Below, in pieces: positions 12,328 through 23,355 of a stretch of 47,743 bases of DNA. This stretch comes from Methanobacterium sp. (GTDB taxonomy: Archaea; Methanobacteriota; Methanobacteria; Methanobacteriales; Methanobacteriaceae), in assembly GCA_028700095.1 (NCBI GenBank), contig JAQVTJ010000001.1, positions 1-47,743 on the forward strand. Direction: 5' to 3'. Positions within the stretch are counted from its first letter, which is position 1, and each line of letters opens with the position of its first letter. Made by a program: the position numbers and the translations under genes. Below the pieces are notes generated by a model that saw nothing but the letters and a program-made list of their open reading frames with translations, was not told the origin of the DNA and did not search any database.

Positions 12328-12496
12328 TTTGAACACCTCATATATAATATGTTCTTCAGTGAATTTATATTTTTAGTGAAACCCCAATAGTGTTATACAG
12401 TGTTTGATAGGCTAATTTACAAAAATTAACAGTTTTTAATTATATAAAAAAAAATGGATTAAGTTATATTTAATAATAAATTTATGGAAATAATTA

Positions 12497-12778
12497 TTAA
12501 CTCATTTCTATTGCTCTTATAATCCTACTTGCAGCATTTTTAAGTTCAACATCCTTTATTTCTCCACTTTCTCTAACTTTTAATGCCATTACAAGCACTT
12601 TAGAAAGATCTTTAGGAGTAAGGTTATTTGTCATTTTAAGATAGGTTTGTTTGGTATCATCCTCTAATTCCACATCTTTTTCTTTCATCATATCCAAAAG
12701 CACTTGACATGAACCCATAACTGTTGTATCATCCAGGGTTTCACATTTTTTTATTAGCTCTTCTGCTTTCTTTTCCAT
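12497..12778 (-). CDS. Hypothetical small helical protein, paralog 2
   Basis: SD GGTGA before ATG 12778; paralog of the neighbour. Confidence 0.75.
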   Translation of the reverse strand: MEKKAEELIKKCETLDDTTVMGSCQVLLDMMKEKDVELEDDTKQTYLKMTNNLTPKDLSKVLVMALKVRESGEIKDVELKNAASRIIRAIEMS

Positions 12779-12998
12779 AAAATCACCATTCATAATATGT
12801 TACATGGATTTATATCTTTTATGTTTTAATTTAGACATTTATTATCAATTAATATAATTCTATTTTCAATATAAAACCAAAAATTCTATATTAGAAATGA
12901 ATTATACATATAATCTAAAGAAAATTAAATATAAAAAAAAAATAATTTTTTTCATAAAAAGAGAGTATTTAAAAAAAATATTAGAGGTGTATAGTAAA

Positions 12999-13325
12999 AT
13001 GTCCAATGAATTAGTGGGAAAGATGGTGAAAGTTGAAAATTTAATAGATTATCAAGAAAATTCAGTTGTTAGTCGTGAGATCATTAGAAAAGAAACTGGA
13101 ACAGTTACAATATTCGCTTTTGATAAAGGAGAAGGGTTAAGTGAACATACAGCTCCATTTGATGCTATGGTACAAGTAGTTGATGGTAAAGCAGAAATTA
13201 TAATTTCTAATAAAAGTCATATTGTAGAAAAAGGAGAGATGATTATTATGCCTGCAAATGATCACCATGCATTAAAAGCAGTTGAAAGATTTAAGATGAT
13301 ATTAACAATGATTAGATCCAACTAA
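12999..13325 (+). CDS. Cupin domain protein
   Basis: FAFDKGEGLSEHTAP...MPANDHHAL cupin-2 motifs; GAGGTG SD before ATG 12999. Confidence 0.88.
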   Translation: MSNELVGKMVKVENLIDYQENSVVSREIIRKETGTVTIFAFDKGEGLSEHTAPFDAMVQVVDGKAEIIISNKSHIVEKGEMIIMPANDHHALKAVERFKMILTMIRSN

Positions 13326-13365
13326 AACATCCTCTTTTTTATTTTTTATTATATTCAAAAATAGT

Positions 13366-14166
13366 TCACCCAATATAATATTCACATATTTGTGAATAAT
13401 TACATGCACGGCATTTTTTAGGGTTTTTCAATACTTCAGGAACATGGCCATTATATAATATATCTGAAAGTTCATTGTACACTTTTAAGAATCTTTCCCT
13501 GAGCCTTGTAGTTATTAGAATTGGTTTTTTAAATCCTAATGTTATATAATTAATAAAACCTACAAGTACTTCTTTATTGAACTCATATTCCATTAAAAGA
13601 GCATATGCAGTTAATTGTAAAGCATCAGAATCCCATACACCCTTTAATGGTGGTAAACTTGTTTTAAACTTAATTGGATAATAAACCCCATCAATAATCT
13701 CTATTTTATCTATCTTTCCTAAAAGCCCATCTTCCTTATCTACTATTATAAATTCATTTAAACATGGTGGAAAAAGCATGTCCACAGCATCAGAACCTGT
13801 AATTCCATTATTTAATATTTTCTGAACTTTTATAGATATTAACCATGAGTTGAGTTTCAGATCTTCTTTTAAGTTTTGATATTTAATTATTAGGTCATCA
13901 TTGTTTATTTCATCTTCAAATTTTGTATAAATAGATTCCAAATATTCTGGAATATCCTTGAAAATTTCTTCTAATATTTCTTTAAATTGTATCCTACCCT
14001 TTAAAGTCCATATATTTCTTTTTAATATTTCCTCAAAACCCCTAAATGCTTCTCGAGACAATTTATATGCTATAATTGAATTGTTATATGTTTCTGAATT
14101 ATCAAATTCAATATAAACCATTAATGGACAGTATAAATATTCTCTTATAAGGGATACTGTTATCAT
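13366..14166 (-). CDS. Solo Cas4-like (Dna2/Cas4, RecB-type) Fe-S protein
   Basis: YLYCP, GKID, QLTAYA and CRACNYSQIC; no other cas genes or array in the window. Confidence 0.8.
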   Translation of the reverse strand: MITVSLIREYLYCPLMVYIEFDNSETYNNSIIAYKLSREAFRGFEEILKRNIWTLKGRIQFKEILEEIFKDIPEYLESIYTKFEDEINNDDLIIKYQNLKEDLKLNSWLISIKVQKILNNGITGSDAVDMLFPPCLNEFIIVDKEDGLLGKIDKIEIIDGVYYPIKFKTSLPPLKGVWDSDALQLTAYALLMEYEFNKEVLVGFINYITLGFKKPILITTRLRERFLKVYNELSDILYNGHVPEVLKNPKKCRACNYSQICEYYIG

Positions 14167-14460
14167 ATTTACACCACATTAATATATTTTATTATTATTG
14201 TATTAATAATAAATAAATTTATTTGACAAAAAAAAATAGGATATCAAAAAAATAAAGAAAATAATTAATTCCATATAAAATATAATCAGATCCAAAAATA
14301 TTACCTAATAATAATGGTTTGATATCTTTAGATTTGTAATGTTTTCAGAGTTTTATCTCATCTACAATATTATGTTTTTTTTATAAAACTATAGATGGAT
14401 TTCAGAATTAATGGATAATATATTCTAAACCTTTATTTTTTAAGTTTTTCTATTTAATTG

Positions 14461-15486
14461 TTAAATATGTAGGTTTAAATTCTTTAATTTAATATATTCT
14501 CCAATAGATTCTCTTGTTGTTCCAATCACAAGCCTATAACTTACATCTTCTCCAATAACCTTTTCAAGTTTGCCTCGGGCTATTATATGTTCATTTTCAA
14601 TTGCTTGGCCTGCATAGGTATGTGTATATGAAGCAATTTCTGTTATAGGTACATTTAATCCTTTAATTATTTTTACATCTTTAATTTGGTATATTGCAGG
14701 ATTATCATATGCTGCCAGTGCATTTTTAACAGTGCACTCGATTTCAACCCATCCTACAGGTTCATATTTAACTGCATTATAACTTCCTTTAATCTCATCC
14801 CAGTCTCGAGTTTGAAGGATATCAAATAATATACCATCTAAAGTACCTCTGTTATGTTTGCGATTTTCATACCATCTAAACTCTTCATAACTTAAAGAAT
14901 TATCTTTTATCCTTTTTTTGTAAAGATGCTCCCAATATTTTCCTTCAATACCTTTAAGTGGACCATTTTCCTTTTTAATCTCTGCAAATGCTTCCATAAT
15001 CTTCCTATGATTTTTAATGCCATAAATAACAAAGTCCATATCTGATATGTTTTGATTGTATAATCCTGGAAGTATTGATCCTGATATGCCTATTTTATCA
15101 TAACTAATCCCAGTTCTTTCATGGAATATATTTGCAAGTTTTGTAACGTTATTTAGAAGTTTATCTCTGTTTGAAGATTCTAATATTTCTTTAAGACGAT
15201 ACTCTGGCTTTAATATTTGTTCTATTTTCTTAGTTGGCACACCCATCATCAGAACATTTGTAATATCACAATCAAAAAGATATTCAGGAAAATTCTTCTC
15301 TAAAAATTGGTAAGCTTGTTTTGAATCTACTTTAGAATATTTTCTTCCATTTAATGAACGATCTCCATTTTGGTCTGGTATGTATCTTAAAAATGAAATT
15401 ATCCGATCATTAGGATGTAGATATGTTGTTGTTGCAAAGAACAGATCATCGGTGGTATGTATAAAATCTCGGGGTCTGGCTCTCAT
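14461..15486 (-). CDS. Archaeal Pol-beta-superfamily nucleotidyltransferase
   Basis: GISGS...SDMDFVIYG nucleotidyltransferase motif. Confidence 0.78.
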   Translation of the reverse strand: MRARPRDFIHTTDDLFFATTTYLHPNDRIISFLRYIPDQNGDRSLNGRKYSKVDSKQAYQFLEKNFPEYLFDCDITNVLMMGVPTKKIEQILKPEYRLKEILESSNRDKLLNNVTKLANIFHERTGISYDKIGISGSILPGLYNQNISDMDFVIYGIKNHRKIMEAFAEIKKENGPLKGIEGKYWEHLYKKRIKDNSLSYEEFRWYENRKHNRGTLDGILFDILQTRDWDEIKGSYNAVKYEPVGWVEIECTVKNALAAYDNPAIYQIKDVKIIKGLNVPITEIASYTHTYAGQAIENEHIIARGKLEKVIGEDVSYRLVIGTTRESIGEYIKLKNLNLHI

Positions 15487-15849
15487 GGATTAATTTAACT
15501 ATATACAACATTATTAAATATACTAGTTTTAAAATTAGATAATATAAAAAAAAAATAAATTAATATATTTTTTTTAATAAACTATCTGTTTTCTTTATGT
15601 TAATACAGAATTTTTATGATTATATTTTATTATAAATTGCTTAAACTCCATAATAATATCTGTAAATATAAATATTAAATAGGTTTTAATTGTTTTAAAT
15701 TATTTTAAAGGAACTTATAACTCTTTAAACAAATTATAAAGAAATAGACTAGTGTATGGTGTCTTAAAATATTTGGAAAACATTTATTAAATTGTAAAAT
15801 CTATTATAAATAAGCATTTAGTATAAATTTTTTTTATTTAATAAAAATT

Positions 15850-16449
15850 TTGGACATGGAAGCAATGAAACACTTGAAACTTGAAAATGGAAAATGTTAT
15901 GATGGAAGCCAAATCCAACCTATGTGGGCTTTTAGAACATTTGGTATTAAAGATTCATCTATTATAAGTTGGGTTGGACCAATGAAAATTGAACCTGATC
16001 ATTTAGTGGATTTTGAAGATGCGGGTCTTGAAATAAAAGGAAACAATATGTTACATTTTATTGTTGAACATTTTGATGTTCAACCTGCTAATATTAGCAT
16101 CTGTTACCATAGACAACGAATTCTTGTAATGATTATAAAAGACATACTACAAGAATTTGGAATATTTACATCAAGAAGTGGGGATGATCTTTACATTAAA
16201 AACATACAAACAGATAAAATAGGAAAATTATCAGTTTCAATTGCAACTTGTTCAATTAGTAGTATGAAAATCCATTTTGCAATGAACTTAACCGAGAATG
16301 GAACACCTAAAAATATAGAGGTTGCAAGTTTATTTGAATTTGGTTTAAACAATGAAGATATATCCAAGGTCACTGAAAAAATCTGTGAAAATTATATAAT
16401 GGAAATTAATTCCATTACTAAAGATATAAGTAAAACAAAGGTATTTTAA
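15850..16449 (+). CDS. DUF366 family protein
   Basis: [32 protein letters not shown] and IHFAMN motifs. Confidence 0.8.
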   Translation: MDMEAMKHLKLENGKCYDGSQIQPMWAFRTFGIKDSSIISWVGPMKIEPDHLVDFEDAGLEIKGNNMLHFIVEHFDVQPANISICYHRQRILVMIIKDILQEFGIFTSRSGDDLYIKNIQTDKIGKLSVSIATCSISSMKIHFAMNLTENGTPKNIEVASLFEFGLNNEDISKVTEKICENYIMEINSITKDISKTKVF

Positions 16450-16494
16450 ACTAAATATTTTTAAGTTTATATTAGAAAAATAGAAGGTATTTGA

Positions 16495-16974
16495 ATGAAG
16501 ATAATTATAAACGGTATTCACGCAAATTTAAGATTTTCTTCAGCACATATAATTCCAAAACATGAATCCTGTGGTGTTATACATGGACATTCATATATAG
16601 TTGATGTTATTGTTGAAGGAGAGAGATCAGGAGAATTTGGATTTGTAGTTGATTTTAAAAAAGTCAAGGATATTATAAGAAAAATGTGTAAAAAAATGGA
16701 TCACAGAGTTCTTATACCACTAAAAAATCCAAATATTAATTTTAAAAACATTAATGGGCCTATAGAATTCTCAATAGATAAAAAAGATTATATATTACCA
16801 TTTGAAGATTGTTTGCTTTTAGATCTTAAATCCACCTCAGCAGAGGATCTATCTGAATACTTTGCAGAAGAACTTTATTATAAGTTAAAGGAAATAAATA
16901 ATGAAATTTCCAGTGTTCAAATATGTGTAAATGAAGGAATAGGACAAGGAGCATATTTCACAAAAAATTCTTAG
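16495..16974 (+). CDS. queD: 6-carboxy-5,6,7,8-tetrahydropterin synthase
   Basis: [21 protein letters not shown] and STSAE motifs. Confidence 0.88.
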   Translation: MKIIINGIHANLRFSSAHIIPKHESCGVIHGHSYIVDVIVEGERSGEFGFVVDFKKVKDIIRKMCKKMDHRVLIPLKNPNINFKNINGPIEFSIDKKDYILPFEDCLLLDLKSTSAEDLSEYFAEELYYKLKEINNEISSVQICVNEGIGQGAYFTKNS

Positions 16975-17003
16975 ATAAAAAAAAAATTTTCCGGGGTTTT
17001 AAT

Positions 17004-17705
17004 ATGAAAACTCATATTAACGAGATTTTCTCAAGCATTCAAGGTGAAGGAATGCTTATAGGACGTAGACAAATATTTGTAAGGTTTTCAGGTTGTAACC
17101 TTGACTGTAATTACTGTGACACATCTAAAAGCCGCAATCCTCTTCTAGGTGACTTACTAACTAAAGAAGAGCTTATAAATAAGATTAATAATTTAATAAC
17201 TCCGGATTTTCATTCCATATCTTTAACAGGGGGCGAACCATTATTACATTCAGATTTCATAAAAGAACTCCTGGAACAAAATGAATATAAATCATTACTT
17301 GAGACCAATGGTTCTTTACCGGGAGAATTAAAGAAAATTGCCAGATTATTAGATTATGTGTCTTTAGATATAAAATTACCAGAACATGAAGCTTCTAAAA
17401 ATTGGGATAATCTCTTTGATTTAGAGTTAAAATCCATAAAGCTATTAAGAGATGAAGAGATAAATACATATTGTAAAGTGGTTGTGATGCCCAAGACAAA
17501 AGTGGATATGATTGGTTTAATTGCCTCAAAGATAGCTGAGGAGGTTCAAAATACTCCAAAGTTTTCAATAGTTATTCAACCTGTAAGTCCTCTTAAACTT
17601 TGGGTTGATAACAGTAAGAAACTCTTTGAAATATCAGAAGAAGTAGGCAAATATATCAATGTATTAACTATACCGCAAGTTCATAAACTTCTAAATGTTA
17701 GATAG
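17004..17705 (+). CDS. queE: 7-carboxy-7-deazaguanine synthase (radical SAM)
   Basis: [30 protein letters not shown] and PQVHK. Confidence 0.92.
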   Translation: MKTHINEIFSSIQGEGMLIGRRQIFVRFSGCNLDCNYCDTSKSRNPLLGDLLTKEELINKINNLITPDFHSISLTGGEPLLHSDFIKELLEQNEYKSLLETNGSLPGELKKIARLLDYVSLDIKLPEHEASKNWDNLFDLELKSIKLLRDEEINTYCKVVVMPKTKVDMIGLIASKIAEEVQNTPKFSIVIQPVSPLKLWVDNSKKLFEISEEVGKYINVLTIPQVHKLLNVR

Positions 17706-17716
17706 GGGGTTGTTAT

Positions 17717-18273
17717 ATGGAGATTGATACAAAGGTAACAGTACATGAATGACATCTAATGTTATTACAGCAGATCCTAAAACTACAATTGCGGATGCAG
17801 CAGTGTTAATGTCAAGGTTTAAGATAGGTTGTCTTGTAATTAGGAGTGGAAGAGAACTTAAAGGGCTAATTACTGAAAGTGATATTATTGAAAAAGTTGT
17901 TTCAAAAAATATACTGGCAAATAAAATAACCATAGGTCAAATAATGACCACAAATCTTATTTTAATAGATCCGGGAAGTGAATTGAACCAGGCAGCAAGG
18001 CTGATGGCAAAAAATAATATTAGAAGACTTCCTGTTGTAAATAATGGAAAATTAGTGGGCATATTAACATCAATGGATGTATTAATGGTTTCACCTGAAC
18101 TTACTGATCTACTTATTGAAAATGCTAGAATGGAAGATCAAAGAGTAAACTTAGGATCTGAAAATTCTGTATCAGGCATATGTGAACATTGTGGAAATTA
18201 TGTTGAATATAGTGATACATTTGATGGGAAATTTTTATGTGAAGAATGTAAAGAAGATCTGGATGGTGAGTAA
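17717..18273 (+). CDS. CBS-pair protein with C-terminal zinc ribbon; apparent small deletion at ~17747
   Basis: Two CBS domains plus CEHC...CEEC; ATG 17717 after GGGGGT SD gives [10 protein letters not shown], out of frame with MTSNVIT. Confidence 0.82.
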
Positions 18274-18275
18274 AC

Positions 18276-19085
18276 TTGAACAATGTGAAAGACATCATGA
18301 TATCTGATCCTGCTACAGTAAATGTGGACACTAAATTAACTAAGGTTAGAGCAATATTCAGAGAAGGATGGTTACGTTCAATTCCTGTTTTATCCAAAAA
18401 CCATCTTGAAGGAATGATTACCAGGGGTGACATAATGTTTCTTTCCTCAACCAAATCTAATATAGAAGCAAGGGTAATAATGGAACGTCCAAATGTTTTA
18501 GCAACTCCTGAAATGACATTAGAAGAAATTGCCAAGAAACTTATTAAATCAGATGCTGTACAAACATCAGTTGTTAAATCAACAGAGGAAATGAGCTTAA
18601 TAGGTATTTTAAGTATAGGAGATATTATAAAAAAATTATTAAGCAATGGTGCAAAGCCTCATAATCCTAATATTAATTCCATATTCACAAAAAATGTTGT
18701 AAAAGTTAATTATGATGACCATATTGCTAAAGTATGGTCTAAAATGGATGAAACAGGTTTTTCAGGACTTCCTGTATTGAAAAAATCCAAACTCATTGGA
18801 ATGATCACACGTAAGGATATAATTAAATCAGGACATGTTCGAACTGGTCTAGATGCAGTTGACAAATCAATCAAGGTAGAAAAAATAATGGTAACACCAC
18901 CTATTGTTGTTACACCTGAAACAAGTGTAAATAATGCTGCAGAACTAATGATACAATATGATATAGGAAGACTACCAGTTGTTGAAAAACCTGTCTACAT
19001 TAAAAAAGAGCCCCACAGAGCAAGAGAATCCAATATTATTGGTATAATTGCAAGAGAAGACATATTAGGATCGTATCTAATTTGA
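18276..19085 (+). CDS. Four-CBS-domain protein
   Basis: Repeated IPV/LPV...GMIT-x-x-D CBS motifs. Confidence 0.88.
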   Translation: MNNVKDIMISDPATVNVDTKLTKVRAIFREGWLRSIPVLSKNHLEGMITRGDIMFLSSTKSNIEARVIMERPNVLATPEMTLEEIAKKLIKSDAVQTSVVKSTEEMSLIGILSIGDIIKKLLSNGAKPHNPNINSIFTKNVVKVNYDDHIAKVWSKMDETGFSGLPVLKKSKLIGMITRKDIIKSGHVRTGLDAVDKSIKVEKIMVTPPIVVTPETSVNNAAELMIQYDIGRLPVVEKPVYIKKEPHRARESNIIGIIAREDILGSYLI

Positions 19086-19288
19086 GCTTAAAAATAGTGG
19101 AATTTAACCTTATTTTCAAAACTTTAAGATTAGTTTATACTTTATTTATTAAATTATATGAAGTTAGTTTAGCTAACAAACTGTTCCTAAACCAACTGGA
19201 CATTAAAAAGATATATACATCCATAAAATGTAAAGTGATTTGGGAAAAACATTCAAGGTGTTAGAAATCATCTTTCATAAGAGGTGTA

Positions 19289-20236
19289 TTGATGAGAAGA
19301 AAAGAAACCATAAATTTAGTAAAATCAAGAGAAAGAGGTCCACTGGAATTTGAGTCCCATGCCTCAGAACATGAAGGCGATGTTATGAGCATCGCAAAAA
19401 AAACTGTAATATCCGCACCACAGGGTGCAACCATTAAAGAAGCAGCTGAAATCATGGTTAAAAATAAATTCAGGAGGCTTCCAATAACTAATCCAGGTAC
19501 AGATCAAATACTTGGAATTATTACATCCATGGAAATTCTAGACTTCTTAGGAGGCGGGGACAAACATAAAATAGTGGAAGAAAAATACCCTGGAAACTTT
19601 CTTGGAGCAATAAATGAATCTGTAAAAGAGATAATGTCTAGAAATGTAGAAGTTCTAAGTCAAAAAGATTCAATAAAAGATTCAATAACCAAAATGAGAA
19701 AAAAGAATGTGGGTGCTTTACCAGTAGTGGATGCTGAAAAAAAGATGGTTGGAATAGTTTCAGAAAGAGATTTTGTTGACTTACTTTCTGGAGTTTTAAC
19801 TGATGAATTAGTTGGGGAATATATGACTGAAAATGTTATTGCAACAACTCCAGGAACCCGAATAGAGGGAGCAACAAAAATAATGGTTAGAAACAAACTT
19901 AGAAGGATTCCTGTTGTGGGAGAGGAACGTAGAACATCCCATCCAGAGAAAGATAAGTTAATTGGTATTGTAACAGCTACTAATATTTTAGGATTTCTTG
20001 GAAAAAATAGTGCATTTGATAAAATGGTTTCCAACGATGCAGAAGATGTATTAAACACAACCATAACTGAGATAATGGAAAAAACTGTTGTAACCACAAC
20101 AGCCAATACACGACTTGGAGATTTGTGTAATACAATGATAAATGAAGGAATTGGAGGATTACCAGTTATTACTAATGGAAATTTAGAGGGCATAATAACT
20201 GAAAGTGATATATTAAATGCTGTGAGCAAATTATAA
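19289..20236 (+). CDS. Four-CBS-domain protein (AMPK-gamma-like architecture)
   Basis: RRLPI, GALPVV, RRIPVV, GGLPVI and GIITESD. Confidence 0.9.
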   Translation: MMRRKETINLVKSRERGPLEFESHASEHEGDVMSIAKKTVISAPQGATIKEAAEIMVKNKFRRLPITNPGTDQILGIITSMEILDFLGGGDKHKIVEEKYPGNFLGAINESVKEIMSRNVEVLSQKDSIKDSITKMRKKNVGALPVVDAEKKMVGIVSERDFVDLLSGVLTDELVGEYMTENVIATTPGTRIEGATKIMVRNKLRRIPVVGEERRTSHPEKDKLIGIVTATNILGFLGKNSAFDKMVSNDAEDVLNTTITEIMEKTVVTTTANTRLGDLCNTMINEGIGGLPVITNGNLEGIITESDILNAVSKL

Positions 20237-20326
20237 AAATTTAGGATCAGAAAAAATAATAATAATAATTCCTTTACTTATAATATGTTAGGTTCATAGT
20301 ATCTGCCATAAGATTGAGGTGGTTGA

Positions 20327-21169
20327 ATGATGGAAATAAAAGAAGTAATGAGCCCTGAAGTATTTGTTGTTCAGGAAAATGAGCAAGTGGGACATGCAAG
20401 AAACCTAATGCTCTCACATGGAATTAGTAAATTAATAGTGGTCGATGAACAAGAAAAACCAGTTGGAATGGTTACTGAAAAGGATTTAACCAGTAAACTT
20501 AAAGGAAATGGGCCACAATGGAAAAATAGGCTATTGATAAAATATCTATTAAAAGGGTTATGAGTACAAATCCCATAATAGCTAGTCCAAATGATGAAAT
20601 ACATATAGCCATCGAACTTATGATAAAGAACAAAATTGGATCAATATCCATAGTAGATGACGAGGGTATTGTAGGTATAATTACTAAAACTGACCTTATG
20701 AAAGTATATACAGATAAATTAAAAGGCAAATGGAAAGTTTCAGATCTTATGTCCAATGATGTGATAACAGTAAATGAAAATCATAGCATAACACATGTTA
20801 TAAATACAATGGAAGATAATAAAATAGGAAAAATCATTGTTATCCGTGATAATATACCTGTGGGAATTATAACTCCAGAAAACATCTCATTTTGCCTATG
20901 TTGAAGATCCTGAGACTGGTGTAAATATTGAAAAAATATATTTCATAAGAAACTCAGATGGAAAAGACAAAAGAAATGTTAGAATGGTTTCCATGATGAA
21001 AGCTGGAGATATAATGCAAAATCAATTAGTAAAAATCTCAGGCAATGAAGATGCAACTATTGCTGCAGATAAAATGGTTAAACATGATATTAGTGGTTTA
21101 CCTGTAGTTAATGGTGATTCATTAATTGGAATAATTACTCAAACAGATCTTATCAAAGGCATACAATAA
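20327..21169 (+). CDS. Four-CBS-domain protein, split by apparent indels at ~20531 and ~20891
   Basis: Three consecutive ORFs join on +1 C (NRPIDKISIKRVM) and -1 T (ISFAYVEDPETG). Confidence 0.8.
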
Positions 21170-21228
21170 GCAATTAATATTTTCTGTTAAATAAAAAAAT
21201 TTTAGATCAAATGTTTAGGGGGATGAAA

Positions 21229-22046
21229 ATGCACGTTAAAGACATAATGAAAGAAGAAGTTGTTCATGTGGATAAGGATCAGAACATCCAAGATGCCCTA
21301 AAACTGATGAAAAAGCATAAAATTTCCAAACTTCCTGTTGTAAACATCAATTCAGATCATGTTAGGGAATTAGTTGGTTTTGTAACTGAAAAAGATATAG
21401 CACTTAAATTAGGAAGTTCAAAATATGGAAATCTCCCACCATCACATTTCCATGTTTCAACTGTTATGAAACAGGATCCCGTGGTTATTGAAAACAACCA
21501 AAATATTGGAGCTGCAGCTGAAACCATTATCAAAAATAAAATTGATGGAATGCCCGTTATAAATGGTTGTGAAATAGTGGGAATGCTTACAAAAACAGAT
21601 TTCCTTGAAATATGTAATGGTAAACCATTCAATACAACAACTATTGCAGAGAGAATGAACACTAATCTTGTTACAGTAAATTCCAGTGATAGACTGGTAC
21701 ATGCAAGAAGATGTTTAATAGATAAAGGAGTAGGAAGACTTCCTGTAGATGATGATATGATAGAAGGTATTATAACTGCAAAGGATGTAGCTAATGCAAT
21801 GGTGTCATTTAGAAAGATTGTACCTGATAAGTACAAAAATTCACGTATAAGAAATCTTCTTGTGGGTGATGTAATGACTCAAATGTAAAAACCATTGATG
21901 GTAAATCAACAATAGATCAAGCTGCAAAAATAATGCTTGAAAATCGTATCAGCGGAATTCCAGTGGAACTTGATGGGAAACTAAAGGGTATTATTACAAA
22001 AACAGATTTAATTAATTATATTGTTGAACTTGAGGAGGTAAATTGA
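21229..22046 (+). CDS. Four-CBS-domain protein, apparent 1-nt deletion at ~21882
   Basis: After VMTQ the shifted frame continues NVKTIDGKSTIDQAAKIMLENRISGIPV...GIITKTDL to TGA 22046. Confidence 0.82.
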
Positions 22047-23296
22047 ATTCAAACTATAGAATGCCCAAAATGCAGTTTACCAATGCAAATACATGTGGGA
22101 AAAACAAATTCCCAAAAAAATCTTTTTTTTAAATGTAACAACTGCAATTATAGTTATGAAACATCATTACCTGATTTTATTAATGAAACCCTACCAAAAA
22201 TCTTTAAAATTGACAAAACTAATATAAATAAATCATTTCAAAATGGTAATATAAGATTTTATGATAGTCATAATGTAAATGGTCTTTTATTTCGAAAATC
22301 AGTTGGAAAAATAGAAGCAGGAATCATAGCCTGTTTTGGGGATAAAATAGATATAATAAGGGGATTTCCAAAAATAAGAAGAACATTAATGCTAGAACCT
22401 TCTATTAGAATCCATTTTAACCAGAAAGTAGCTGTTGAAGAGAAAATGAATGGTTATAATGTTAGAATAGCATTGATCAATAATAAAATTATAGCTCTGA
22501 CCAGGGGCGGTTATATATGTCCATATACCACAAAAAAAGCTCCAGAAATTATGGATATAGATGAATTTTTTTATGATCACCCTGAACTAGTTATTTGTGG
22601 TGAAATGGTAGGTACAGAAAATCCATATGTAAAACATCATTACAAAGAAATTGGAAATATTGGATTTAGAATATTTGATATAAGAGAAAAATATACAAAT
22701 AATCCAATGTCTATTAAAGATAAAAATAAAATACTTGAACATTATAATCTTCCTGGTGTGAAAATATTTGAAATCATGGATATAGAAGAAGCACCACAAA
22801 AAATATTTGATTTAATTTTTAAACTTGGAAAGGATGATAGGGAAGGGGTAGTTATTAAAGATCCATTAATGGAAATAGAGCCACTTAAATATACATCATC
22901 TAAAGCTCATAATAATGAACTTCAATATGCATTTACTTATCCTTTGATTTTGGAAGATCTTTTTTCTTTAGTAGAGTTATTAGAGAAGGATTTCAAGCCT
23001 ATGAATTAAATGAATCAGAAGATAAGATAAGACATAGAGCACATCTGATAGGTGAATCTATACTCTATCCAATGTTACATACAATAAAATGTCTTGCTAA
23101 TAATAAACTTGTATATGAGGATATTACATTCCATGTTGATAATTTAAAAGAGGCAGAATATTTTGTTAGATACCTCAAAGATCTTGGGGTTATTGCAACT
23201 GTACATTCATATAAAGATGGAAAAGCAATTATAAGACGGATACATCAATCAACAACTGATAAAATATCTAATTTTCTTAATGGAGGATTGTATTAA
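22047..23296 (+). CDS. ATP-dependent RNA ligase, Rnl3 (MthRnl/Pab1020) family; apparent 1-nt deletion at ~22944
   Basis: RGFPKIRR, motif I EEKMNGYN, GEMVG, FDI, REGVVIK, KYT; rejoined frame YPFDFGRSFFFSRVIREG; C-terminus STTDKISNFLNGGLY; start uncertain. Confidence 0.9.
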
Positions 23297-23355
23297 ATAA
23301 AAACAATCTTAAAGATCATTAAAAATAAATAATAAATCCATAAATAGGGAGTACA

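Noticed and set aside
13326-15849. CRISPR array or cas operon near the Cas4-like gene
   Set aside because: No regularly spaced repeats and no cas1/cas2; the intergenic DNA is plain AT-rich sequence
15850-17705. dpd-type 7-deazaguanine DNA modification/defence island
   Set aside because: No dpdA/tgt-like or dpdB-K genes; archaeosine precursor synthesis explains queD/queE
19082-19264. 60-aa ORF between CBS genes
   Set aside because: No SD or recognisable motif; overlaps the likely promoter region of the next gene
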